A stretch of DNA of 64,000 nt from an uncultured virus (IMG/VR IMGVR_UViG_3300033066_000598) (Duplodnaviria > Heunggongvirae > Uroviricota > Caudoviricetes). The stretch lies in IMG/VR virus record IMGVR_UViG_3300033066_000598; one strand, given 5' to 3'. Positions 45,701 to 52,476 of this stretch are shown here, piece by piece. The notes below the pieces were generated by a model. That model ran no database searches. It saw only the letters and a program-made list of their open reading frames with translations, and was not told where the DNA came from. Every line of letters starts with the position of its first letter. Positions within the stretch are counted from its first letter, which is position 1. A program made the translations under genes and the position numbers.

Positions 45701-47592
45701 AAGTAATCATCCGGGCCGACGGCGATTTCCCGTGGGTCAAACTACTCGCGCACCTGCGCCGGCTTGGTGCAATCGGCGCGTCGCGCACGATCGAGGCCTA
45801 CGACGAAGAAGACCGGCCTGTGAAGTTCGGTTGGGATGGTGACGGCGCCGACAAGATTCGCTCTGTCGTGATTGACGGTCAGAAAATGGCGCTCGACGCC
45901 GCACTTGCCTATCTCGATCCCGACCCGACAGAAGTCGCGCCCGACGTGTTCGCCTTTGACGAAGGCAAGTTCGACGAAAGCAAGCACAAGCGCGATGCCG
46001 GCGGCAAATTCGCAACGACGGGGGCGAGCGGTGGCAAGGAAGGCGAAGAAGCCGAAGCCGATAAGGACGCCGGCGATGTGCCGGTGTTCAAGTCGAAGAA
46101 GGAGCAAATCGGCTACATGCTCGAAAAGGGCACTACGCCGAAGGAGCTGATGGCGGCAATGGGCTGGCCGTCGGTCTCGATGCCGGCGCAGGCTGCCAAT
46201 CTCGGCATGAAGCTTGAGAAAAAGGACGGCAAGTATTTCGGCATCAAGATGACCGACGCCGAGCTCGCCGAATTCAAGGCGGCGCAGGCCGCGAAGAAGG
46301 CGGCGAAGAAGGCCGCCCCTTCTGAGCCTCCGTCGGCCATCGAAGGCACGCCGCTCGGCGAGACGCTGAAGAAAGCCGAAGCGATCAACAAAGAACAGGA
46401 CAAGCAGCAGTCCGCCGAAAAGCCGCCGGCGGAGGGTGCGCCGAAGAAGCCCGACCAGGCTGTGCTCAACAATCTTGAAAAGCCCGCTGCCGGCGAAGCG
46501 CCTGCGACATATCCGCAATGGCTCGGCGCCGTCGCGGAAGCAGCCAAGGGCGACAACCCGAAAGACGTCATTACGGCACTGTTCAAGGCATATCCGGAAT
46601 TCGTCGACGAGTACCTGAAGCACGCCAAGCCGTCGCAGGTGACGAAGCTGGAAGCCGCTGCACCGGGCCTGTTCAACAAGTCGAAGCCGAAGCCGCCGGC
46701 GCCCGAGGCCTCGCAGGCCGACAAGGAGAAGGCCAAGAAGGGCGTCGCGCTGAAGATGGAGTACGTCAAGGCCAATGCGAAGCCGGAGACGGAGACGTAC
46801 AAGAAAAAAGCAAACGACCTGCTGAAGGAATTCAACGACCAGTGGGCCGGCAAGGAGAACCTGCCGAACGACCAGCTCAACCAGAAGGTCGCCGACTACA
46901 AGAAGCTGTCGGAGGACATCGGCAAGCTGGCTGTCGAGGAAAACAAGCAGAAGGCGGAGATCCTGAAAGCCGAGCAGGAAAAGGCCGCGTGGGAGCAAAA
47001 GCAAAAGAAGGAGGCCGAGGAAAAGGAGCTCGCCGAGGCCTTCGCCAAAGACCCCGAGCTGAAGCTGCACCACGAGGCGATGGAGGCGCTGTTCGGCGGC
47101 GGCAAGGCTTCCGATAACTACCTGGCGCACGCGCAGAAGAAAGTGAATGCGGCCGGCCTCAAAGGCAAGATGAGCGCGCACGAAGCCGTGCCGATCGTCG
47201 CCTACAGCGGTTCGCACTACGCGCAGCTGAACAGCGAAATCCGAAGCGGCTCGATGTCGGTCGCGCAGTACAAATTCCTGAAGTCGCTGAACGCGGGACT
47301 CGACAAGCTGCCGGCATACGAAGGCACGACTTATCGCAAGGCGCCGAGCGGCGCGGTCGACCTGAAGATGTACCAGCCCGGAAAAGTCGTGGAGGAACGC
47401 GGCTTTACGAGCAGCAGCAAAAACAAGGGGACATGGCACGGCGACGTGCAGTATACGATCCACGGCAAAACGGGGCGGGACATTCAGAAACTATCGTCGC
47501 ACCCCGGCGAAGCCGAAGTGCTGTTCAAGTCCGGAACGCGCTTCTACGTCGAGAGCGTGCAGGGCACGCACATCACGCTGCGGGAGCTGTGA
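42745..47592 (+). CDS. DUF1073-type portal fused to a HipA/PI4K-like kinase and an ADP-ribosyltransferase
   Basis: Portal motifs (EMTRKWI, VHRSRLLRF, SGIPL..LLG.TP.GLNA.SEG..R.FYD, F.PLW); kinase GSN.GG/YVK/NE/WLSNWD/LDVGG; ART YR/FTSSS/EAEVLF. Confidence 0.9.
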   Translation: MTVNRYGSRSRDDRRSAIAEGVMRHFVGGKRVTSIREAKEAARVPVAPKVPVPAKPAPAAAAAAPAAVAAPADGKRALKIDNAMLAAARNLKPAGNRKRTSGAVDLQSSTMFTPWEPPKGVLPPGMTAAKVLEAGGGNAKMAMDYAEGLVPGQVGAVGAWAGDALNVSFAEGIGFLGYSYLAALTQRAEYRRISERLASEMTRKWIKFHTVTVADEFEAPGPEKEPGTPAGAMGVPADPAEAAETTEVDQAEADKARVADSVKRKKALDKSKRIKELEDEMRRLRVKDCFYTIAEGDGWFGRYHLYVDMGVDSATREGRDELVTPIGNGRTATSKGKVNKRRRVKAFRPIEPMWCYPAQYNSLDPLKPDWYNPEMWYVNGVTVHRSRLLRFVGREVPDILKPAYAFGGLSMSQMAKPYVDNWLRTRQAVCDLIESFSVSGVYTNLSGVLEEGNAEAMKRIDMFNIMRSNAGAFVLDKETEEFFNVSTPLGTLDALQAQSQEQMSSVSGIPLIVLLGITPKGLNASSEGELRAFYDTIQAEQERFFRDNLQTVINFIMLSLWGEIDEEITFSFEPLWSMTDKELAETQKVEAETDGMLIDKGIITPAEARVRVANDPQSAYQEIDPADVPEPPQQDMGDEGGDDPFGGGGDDGGDGGGSSGSEADKPIANDEWNEADHPRGQPGNAGQFGPGGGSSKSKPQDAKPKKTSAQTDDLKKVGGKLGSNEGGQYEDAEGNKYYVKKPKTKDHVANEKAAARLYQLAGVQTLDYVDVGPDHVATKWDKLDKSNISKMSTEEKAEAAKDFMVHAWLSNWDAAGTGGDNQGVKNGKPVTLDVGGSLRYRAQGGEKGKAFGHKVSEIETMRDPKMSPDAARLYGKMSDADMRASAERVTSIPDSAIREAAGDEKLADTLIARKKDIAQRYDLKLAQDAVHDDEALMKAALDAVGANLDDGDDGSDVDDQERIDNEEDPGDTLDLATDGTADGEHEVIIRADGDFPWVKLLAHLRRLGAIGASRTIEAYDEEDRPVKFGWDGDGADKIRSVVIDGQKMALDAALAYLDPDPTEVAPDVFAFDEGKFDESKHKRDAGGKFATTGASGGKEGEEAEADKDAGDVPVFKSKKEQIGYMLEKGTTPKELMAAMGWPSVSMPAQAANLGMKLEKKDGKYFGIKMTDAELAEFKAAQAAKKAAKKAAPSEPPSAIEGTPLGETLKKAEAINKEQDKQQSAEKPPAEGAPKKPDQAVLNNLEKPAAGEAPATYPQWLGAVAEAAKGDNPKDVITALFKAYPEFVDEYLKHAKPSQVTKLEAAAPGLFNKSKPKPPAPEASQADKEKAKKGVALKMEYVKANAKPETETYKKKANDLLKEFNDQWAGKENLPNDQLNQKVADYKKLSEDIGKLAVEENKQKAEILKAEQEKAAWEQKQKKEAEEKELAEAFAKDPELKLHHEAMEALFGGGKASDNYLAHAQKKVNAAGLKGKMSAHEAVPIVAYSGSHYAQLNSEIRSGSMSVAQYKFLKSLNAGLDKLPAYEGTTYRKAPSGAVDLKMYQPGKVVEERGFTSSSKNKGTWHGDVQYTIHGKTGRDIQKLSSHPGEAEVLFKSGTRFYVESVQGTHITLREL

Positions 47593-47595
47593 CGG

Positions 47596-47805
47596 ATGGC
47601 GAAAGAGCCGAAGAAGACCGACGACGTCGCCGATCGCATTGGCGGCATGGTCAAGAGTTGGGACACGCCGATCGGCGCCGGGCCTGACGGCGGGCTGAAC
47701 TACGTCGAGGAAGACGCACCGCCCTTCAAGCCGAAGGTGTTCGACGCCGACGGCAACGAAGTCGACCCCGACACGATCGAACCGGACGCGCCGGCGGATG
47801 AGTAA
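47596..47805 (+). CDS. small acidic protein downstream of the ART domain
   Basis: 69 aa, D/E-rich; starts 3 nt after the portal stop. Confidence 0.65.
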   Translation: MAKEPKKTDDVADRIGGMVKSWDTPIGAGPDGGLNYVEEDAPPFKPKVFDADGNEVDPDTIEPDAPADE

Positions 47806-48115
47806 GGGTTACAGCTCGACGCGCGATCGCCACAGCAGCGCAGCCTGGCGCGGCCGCACATCATCTGACGATTGGCGCGCGCGGCCGCGGAAGCGCGTGC
47901 TGCTGCCCGGCTCGCCGTCGCAGCAGGAGCTCGACGCGCGCAAGGCGAAGAAGCTGGAAGGCGAACGCAAGCGCGCGCGCCGGCGCCGGTTCGCAAAGCA
48001 GGCGATCAAGCTGTTCGAAACCGCGTTCGCAGTGGCGGTGCTTCATGAGCTCGATGCCGCTGCAACTGTCGAAGCTGCTCGACCTGCACCTGTCGCGGTC
48101 GATCGAGAAACATAA
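47798..48115 (+). CDS. basic hypothetical protein
   Basis: Coupled start; R/K-rich. Confidence 0.45.
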   Translation: MSKGYSSTRDRHSSAAWRGRTSSDDWRARPRKRVLLPGSPSQQELDARKAKKLEGERKRARRRRFAKQAIKLFETAFAVAVLHELDAAATVEAARPAPVAVDRET

Positions 48116-48146
48116 GCGGCCGCTGCCGCCGACGAGGGAAGCTGTC

Positions 48147-48446
48147 ATGCGAAAATTCATGCAACTGGCCGAAGATGTCGAGGCCGACCTGAAGGAGCTC
48201 GACGCCGATGCCGACGCGCTGCAGGCCCGTCGCAAGGCCGGCAAAGAGCGCGCGCGGCAGGCGATCAACGCGCAGCACAAGATCCAAGACAACATCGAAG
48301 CCGGTGTTGCGGCCATGGAGAAGATTGCCGACGCGATCGGCGTCAAGAGCAACTCGCGCAGCGACGAGGAGCTCAAAGAGGGAAACGACAAATCGGGGGA
48401 GGGTGGCGGCGACTCTGCCGCGACCTTTCCGCCGAAGACCGGTTAG
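48147..48446 (+). CDS. coiled-coil protein
   Basis: GAGGGAAGC leader before MRKFMQ. Confidence 0.6.
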   Translation: MRKFMQLAEDVEADLKELDADADALQARRKAGKERARQAINAQHKIQDNIEAGVAAMEKIADAIGVKSNSRSDEELKEGNDKSGEGGGDSAATFPPKTG

Positions 48447-48520
48447 AATTCGCCGCATTGTCTTGGGCCACGGCGGCCGCACGCAACGCGCAGCGCCTCC
48501 CTCGATCGACAGGCTGACAC

Positions 48521-49363
48521 ATGCTAGCGACAAGCTTCCGGGCGATTGAGACGACGGGGTTTCGGCGCACGAAGCTTGTGGAGCTCAAACCCAACTGGCC
48601 ATCCGCCGGCGTGCAGGCTGCCTACCAGAAGAAGCTGCAAAAGCTGCTCGACGAAATGGCCGACAGCGTCGAGTACTGGATTGATCGCAAGTACAAGGCC
48701 AACGAGCCGGCCACGATGGCGATGGACGACGTGCTGCCGGCGAACGCGCTGAAGCAGACGATCGCCGAGCTCGTGAAGCGCTGGCAGAAGAAGTGGAACG
48801 AGGCCGCGCCGATTCTCGCGAAGTACTTCGCCGAGGAAGCGCTGAAGCGCAACGACGCCAACCTGAAGGCCATCCTGCGCGAAGCCAACTGGACGGTGCG
48901 CTTTCGCATGACGCCGGGCATGCGCGACGTGCTCAAAGCCACGATCGAGCAGAACGTCGGGCTCATCAAATCGATTCCGGAGCAGTACCTGAAGGGCGTG
49001 CAGGGGCACGTCATGCGCTCGATCCAGGCCGGCCGCGACATGGGCCCGCTGGCGAAGCAGCTGCAGGCGCAGTACGGCGTGACGAAGAAGCGCGCGGCGC
49101 TGATCGCTCGCACGCAGAACAACCTCGCCACCGGTGCGATGGACCGCGCGCGCAAGTTGGAGCTCGGGCTGACGAAGTCGAAGTGGCGCCACTCGCACGC
49201 CGGCAAGGAGCCGCGGCCGACGCACCTTGCGAACGACGGCAAACTGTACGACCACGCGAAAGGCTGGTACGACCCCGACCCGAAGGTGCGGCGTTACATT
49301 TTTCCGGGAGAGTTGATAAACTGCAAATGTAGCAGCATCACCGTGGTCCCTGGATTCTCATGA
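48521..49363 (+). CDS. MuF/SPP1 gp7-like minor head protein
   Basis: NV.LIKSIP.QY, RA.LIAR.Q, W.HS....PRPTH...DG..Y, PG..INC.C. Confidence 0.9.
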   Translation: MLATSFRAIETTGFRRTKLVELKPNWPSAGVQAAYQKKLQKLLDEMADSVEYWIDRKYKANEPATMAMDDVLPANALKQTIAELVKRWQKKWNEAAPILAKYFAEEALKRNDANLKAILREANWTVRFRMTPGMRDVLKATIEQNVGLIKSIPEQYLKGVQGHVMRSIQAGRDMGPLAKQLQAQYGVTKKRAALIARTQNNLATGAMDRARKLELGLTKSKWRHSHAGKEPRPTHLANDGKLYDHAKGWYDPDPKVRRYIFPGELINCKCSSITVVPGFS

Positions 49364-49956
49364 CCTACGTTGTTTACGAGCACTGGCGCCCTGACACGAA
49401 TGCTTGCTTCTACGTAGGCAAGGGAAAGATGCGCCGTGCGCGCAGCTTCGAAGCGCGCAACGATCGTTACGGCAAAATTGTTGCCAAGCTGAAGCGGGCC
49501 GGCCTGCAGCCCGAAGTCCGGATTGTCTTAATCGACTTGGATTCCGAGGGCGCACTGAAGGCCGAAGTCGAACGCATTCGACAGCGTCGAGCAGAGGGCG
49601 TCGACCTTGCAAACTACACTGACGGCGGCGACGGCGCGGCAGGACGCCGTCATTCGGCAGCTACGCGCGCGAAGATCGCGGCGAAGGCAACAGGTCGGAA
49701 GATGTCGCCGGAAACGATCGCGAAGATGGCTGCAGCGCGTACAGGTCAGAAGCGGACTGACGACACCCGAGCCAAGCAAAGTGCTTCAGCTAAGATCGCG
49801 CAAAAACTTCGGTTTGAGAAACTGAAGCAAACACGGGCAGGTCGAAGGGCTCTGCAGCTGCGCATGACCGCCATCGCGCACAAAGGGCGCGGGACACCGG
49901 AATACAGCGAGCAGAAAAGGCAGGCTGGTCTTGCTAGCTGGAGAAACCGCTCGTGA
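49360..49956 (+). CDS. GIY-YIG-like endonuclease with NUMOD3 repeats
   Basis: YVVYEH.RPD....FYVGKG...R, E...I, L.N.TDGG.G; HS..TR.KI repeats. Confidence 0.85.
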   Translation: MTYVVYEHWRPDTNACFYVGKGKMRRARSFEARNDRYGKIVAKLKRAGLQPEVRIVLIDLDSEGALKAEVERIRQRRAEGVDLANYTDGGDGAAGRRHSAATRAKIAAKATGRKMSPETIAKMAAARTGQKRTDDTRAKQSASAKIAQKLRFEKLKQTRAGRRALQLRMTAIAHKGRGTPEYSEQKRQAGLASWRNRS

Positions 49957-50150
49957 TGCGCAAAGGAGCTTTCGGCGGGCCGAAGTGGCAGGCTGGCGCG
50001 GGCGCCAACCGGAACAGGAACGTCTCGCTGATCCGCCGGGGCATGACAGAGGCCACCAACAAATACGGCATAGGCGGGGCCCTGAAGGCCCGGAAACGGC
50101 CTTCCCCGAGCCTTCCACCGACGCCGTGGGACAAGGACAAGGCAACATGA
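49953..50150 (+). CDS. small basic protein
   Basis: GTGA/ATGA coupling. Confidence 0.45.
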   Translation: MMRKGAFGGPKWQAGAGANRNRNVSLIRRGMTEATNKYGIGGALKARKRPSPSLPPTPWDKDKAT

Positions 50151-50461
50151 TCGGTCGACGGGAGTTTTTGGGGCTTTTCGGGCTTGCGGCTTTGGGTGTC
50201 TCCCTCCCTCCTGCAGCCGCGGGCGTTGTGGCGGCCACGCCGACGGATTCGATTCCGGCCTTTCGTATTCCGCGCGGGGTGGTCGTCACGGTGCCTGCCG
50301 GGCCGATCGAGCGGGTGCCGCACGTTCCCTCGATCATGGACGTGATGATGATCTCCACCGGCGATCGCCTGGTGCCGCTCGAGTCCGACGAAGGGCAAAG
50401 GATCCACGCCGAAGGCAAGCCGTCGATGGTGAAGCGGCACTTCATTCGGTCGACGGAGTGA
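50147..50461 (+). CDS. protein with twin-arginine (Tat) signal
   Basis: MIGRREFLGLFGLAALG; AAGG RBS. Confidence 0.6.
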   Translation: MIGRREFLGLFGLAALGVSLPPAAAGVVAATPTDSIPAFRIPRGVVVTVPAGPIERVPHVPSIMDVMMISTGDRLVPLESDEGQRIHAEGKPSMVKRHFIRSTE

Positions 50462-50709
50462 GTTGGCCGCTCGACATGAGCGCTGCCGAGCGGCGTTGGT
50501 TTGAAGATCGCAGCGCGGCTCGCGATGAGCATGCCTACCGACTGCGGCAAGAAAAACTGAAACTTCACCAAATCGGGGAGCGCCTTGGTGTCACCAAGCA
50601 GCGCGCCGCGCAGATGGTGGCAAAGCATACCCGAGCGCGGTTGCCGACTGGCGCGTGCAAAAAAGACCCGGCTGCAGCGGCAACGCGGCCGGGTCGCTCC
50701 TTCAGTTAA
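50458..50709 (+). CDS. sigma70 region-4-like HTH protein
   Basis: RD..AY.LR....L.QIGERLGVTKQRA.Q. Confidence 0.7.
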   Translation: MSWPLDMSAAERRWFEDRSAARDEHAYRLRQEKLKLHQIGERLGVTKQRAAQMVAKHTRARLPTGACKKDPAAAATRPGRSFS

Positions 50710-50722
50710 GCGGATTAACGAG

Positions 50723-51091
50723 ATGGCATTGCTCGCGCGCCGGCGCGTGAACGCGAACGGCGTCACGTATTCGGCCATCTATCATTGGTGCCAAGCCTGC
50801 GACGAGCTGCACGGCGTTTGGGTGAATGAGCAGCCGCAGGACACGAAGCCCTCGCCGCGGTGGACGTTCAACGGCAGCATGGAGCGGCCTACCTTTGAGC
50901 CGAGCGTGCGCGTGTTCTCCAACTACGACGAAAACGACGTCAAGCTGCCGAACAACGGCGAGCGGACGTTGTGCCACTACTTCGTGCGAGACGGCATGAT
51001 CGACTATTGCGGTGACAGCCCGCACGCCTACAAGGGGCAGAAGGTGCCGCTGAAGGACATTCCGCCGGGCTGGTTTCGCGATGACGAATAA
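50723..51091 (+). CDS. DUF6527-like protein
   Basis: WC.AC...H, WTFNG..E.PTF.PSV, CH.FV.DG.I.YC.DS.H...GQ.V.L. Confidence 0.8.
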   Translation: MALLARRRVNANGVTYSAIYHWCQACDELHGVWVNEQPQDTKPSPRWTFNGSMERPTFEPSVRVFSNYDENDVKLPNNGERTLCHYFVRDGMIDYCGDSPHAYKGQKVPLKDIPPGWFRDDE

Positions 51092-51128
51092 GCTATAGCT
51101 TCCCGCCTTCAATCAGGGAGGGAAGCCC

Positions 51129-51566
51129 ATGCTATCGAGACGAGGATTTTTCGGAGTTGCAGCTGGCGCCGCGGCTGTTGCCGCCGGCGGTGCTGCTGCG
51201 ATGCCGGCGCCGGCGGCCATTTCGACGGGAGTTGACCTGGCGGCCGGCGCCGATACCGCCATCGTCTATTTGAGCGACCCGACGCACTTTCATGGCTACG
51301 CGGTCGCACAGAACAGCGCGCGGCCGGGCGAGATGGTGAAGCTGCAGCTGCGCTTCGAACCCAACGACCTGACGCGCGAGCAGCTCGCGGCCAACCTTCC
51401 GGTGCCGGCGCAGGAGATCGGCGCACCGTTGCCGAAGAACACGCCGGCGCAGCGCGCGCGCCAACAGCGGCTGCTGAAGGAATGCAACAAGCCGGTGCCT
51501 GAGAAGGAAACCGAAAAGCAATTCCTGAAGCGACTGTCGCTGCCTTGCCCGGGGAGACTCGAGTGA
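51129..51566 (+). CDS. protein with twin-arginine (Tat) signal
   Basis: MLSRRGFFGVAAGAAAVAA; AGGGAAGCCC leader. Confidence 0.65.
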   Translation: MLSRRGFFGVAAGAAAVAAGGAAAMPAPAAISTGVDLAAGADTAIVYLSDPTHFHGYAVAQNSARPGEMVKLQLRFEPNDLTREQLAANLPVPAQEIGAPLPKNTPAQRARQQRLLKECNKPVPEKETEKQFLKRLSLPCPGRLE

Positions 51567-52012
51567 AGGCGCGCATAGTCACCGGCCCGGTATCGCTGTT
51601 TCCGGAAGCCGTCGTACTGATCGTCTCCGGGCAGGCGGATTTGCTGGCGCGAGGCCTCGCCGACTCGCGATTGGAAATCTCGCAGGCCTGGCAGTGCGTG
51701 ATGGTGAAGGTCGATCGGGACCGCGACCTGGTGCCGGCCGGCATTATCGCTTTCACCGTCGACGAGGCGCGCTCGCTGGTGTGGGTGCAGATGTCGTTCG
51801 TGGTGCCGGAGTTTCGCGGGCAGGGCGTCTATCGCTTCATGTACGAGGCGCTGCGCGCGATCGCCAAGCAGCACCGCTGCCGCACGATCGAGGGCGCGAC
51901 GCACATCAAGAACACCGTGATGCGGTCGGTGGCGAAGAAGCTGGGCCGCACCGAATGCGCGATCATCCTCACTGAGGAAATCGATATCGAGCCCGAAGTT
52001 CGCGCGGGGTAG
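51563..52012 (+). CDS. GNAT-family acetyltransferase
   Basis: FV.PEFRGQGV...MY acetyl-CoA motif A; N..M.....KLG. Confidence 0.85.
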   Translation: MKARIVTGPVSLFPEAVVLIVSGQADLLARGLADSRLEISQAWQCVMVKVDRDRDLVPAGIIAFTVDEARSLVWVQMSFVVPEFRGQGVYRFMYEALRAIAKQHRCRTIEGATHIKNTVMRSVAKKLGRTECAIILTEEIDIEPEVRAG

Positions 52013-52018
52013 GGTGAC

Positions 52019-52411
52019 ATGCACCATACCGCCACCAAGGGAAATATCGGGGTCGCGAAAGCGATCGCCGATCTCATGTTGAAAGGATGGGACGTCTCAA
52101 TCCCGTTCTGCGCGACGTCACCGTTTGATTTGGTGGCCTATCGAAACGGGAAATTTGTCAGAGTCCAAGTAAAGTATCGGACCCCATCCAAAGGCGTTAT
52201 CGACGTTCGGTGCATGCGTCACTCGAATGCCAATGGTAAAGCGAAGCAGTCGAGCAACGACGAAGCCGATGTTGTGTGCGTCTACGACGCTGCGGGCGAC
52301 AAATGCTACTACGTTCTCGCCTCAATGTGTCCGATCGCATTGAGGTTGAGGCCGACAAGGAATGGTCAAAAGAAAAACGTTTGGTCGGCGGATGCCTTCC
52401 TAGATTTCTGA
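52019..52411 (+). CDS. PD-(D/E)XK endonuclease (group I intron-associated family-like)
   Basis: KG..G......L...G..V..P......FDLV.......RVQVK; lower GC. Confidence 0.85.
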   Translation: MHHTATKGNIGVAKAIADLMLKGWDVSIPFCATSPFDLVAYRNGKFVRVQVKYRTPSKGVIDVRCMRHSNANGKAKQSSNDEADVVCVYDAAGDKCYYVLASMCPIALRLRPTRNGQKKNVWSADAFLDF

Positions 52412-52432
52412 GATCACCCGCAACCACCTCTC

Positions 52433-52463
52433 AGCCCCGGCGCTTCGTGCTCCGGGGCTTTTT
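52433..52463 (+). terminator. intrinsic terminator
   Basis: AGCCCCGG...CCGGGGCTTTTT. Confidence 0.8.
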
Positions 52464-52476
52464 CTTGGAGCGCTCA

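Noticed and set aside
52019..52411. Group I intron around the PD-(D/E)XK gene
   Set aside because: The flanking genes are intact and the intergenic gaps are too short for a ribozyme core.
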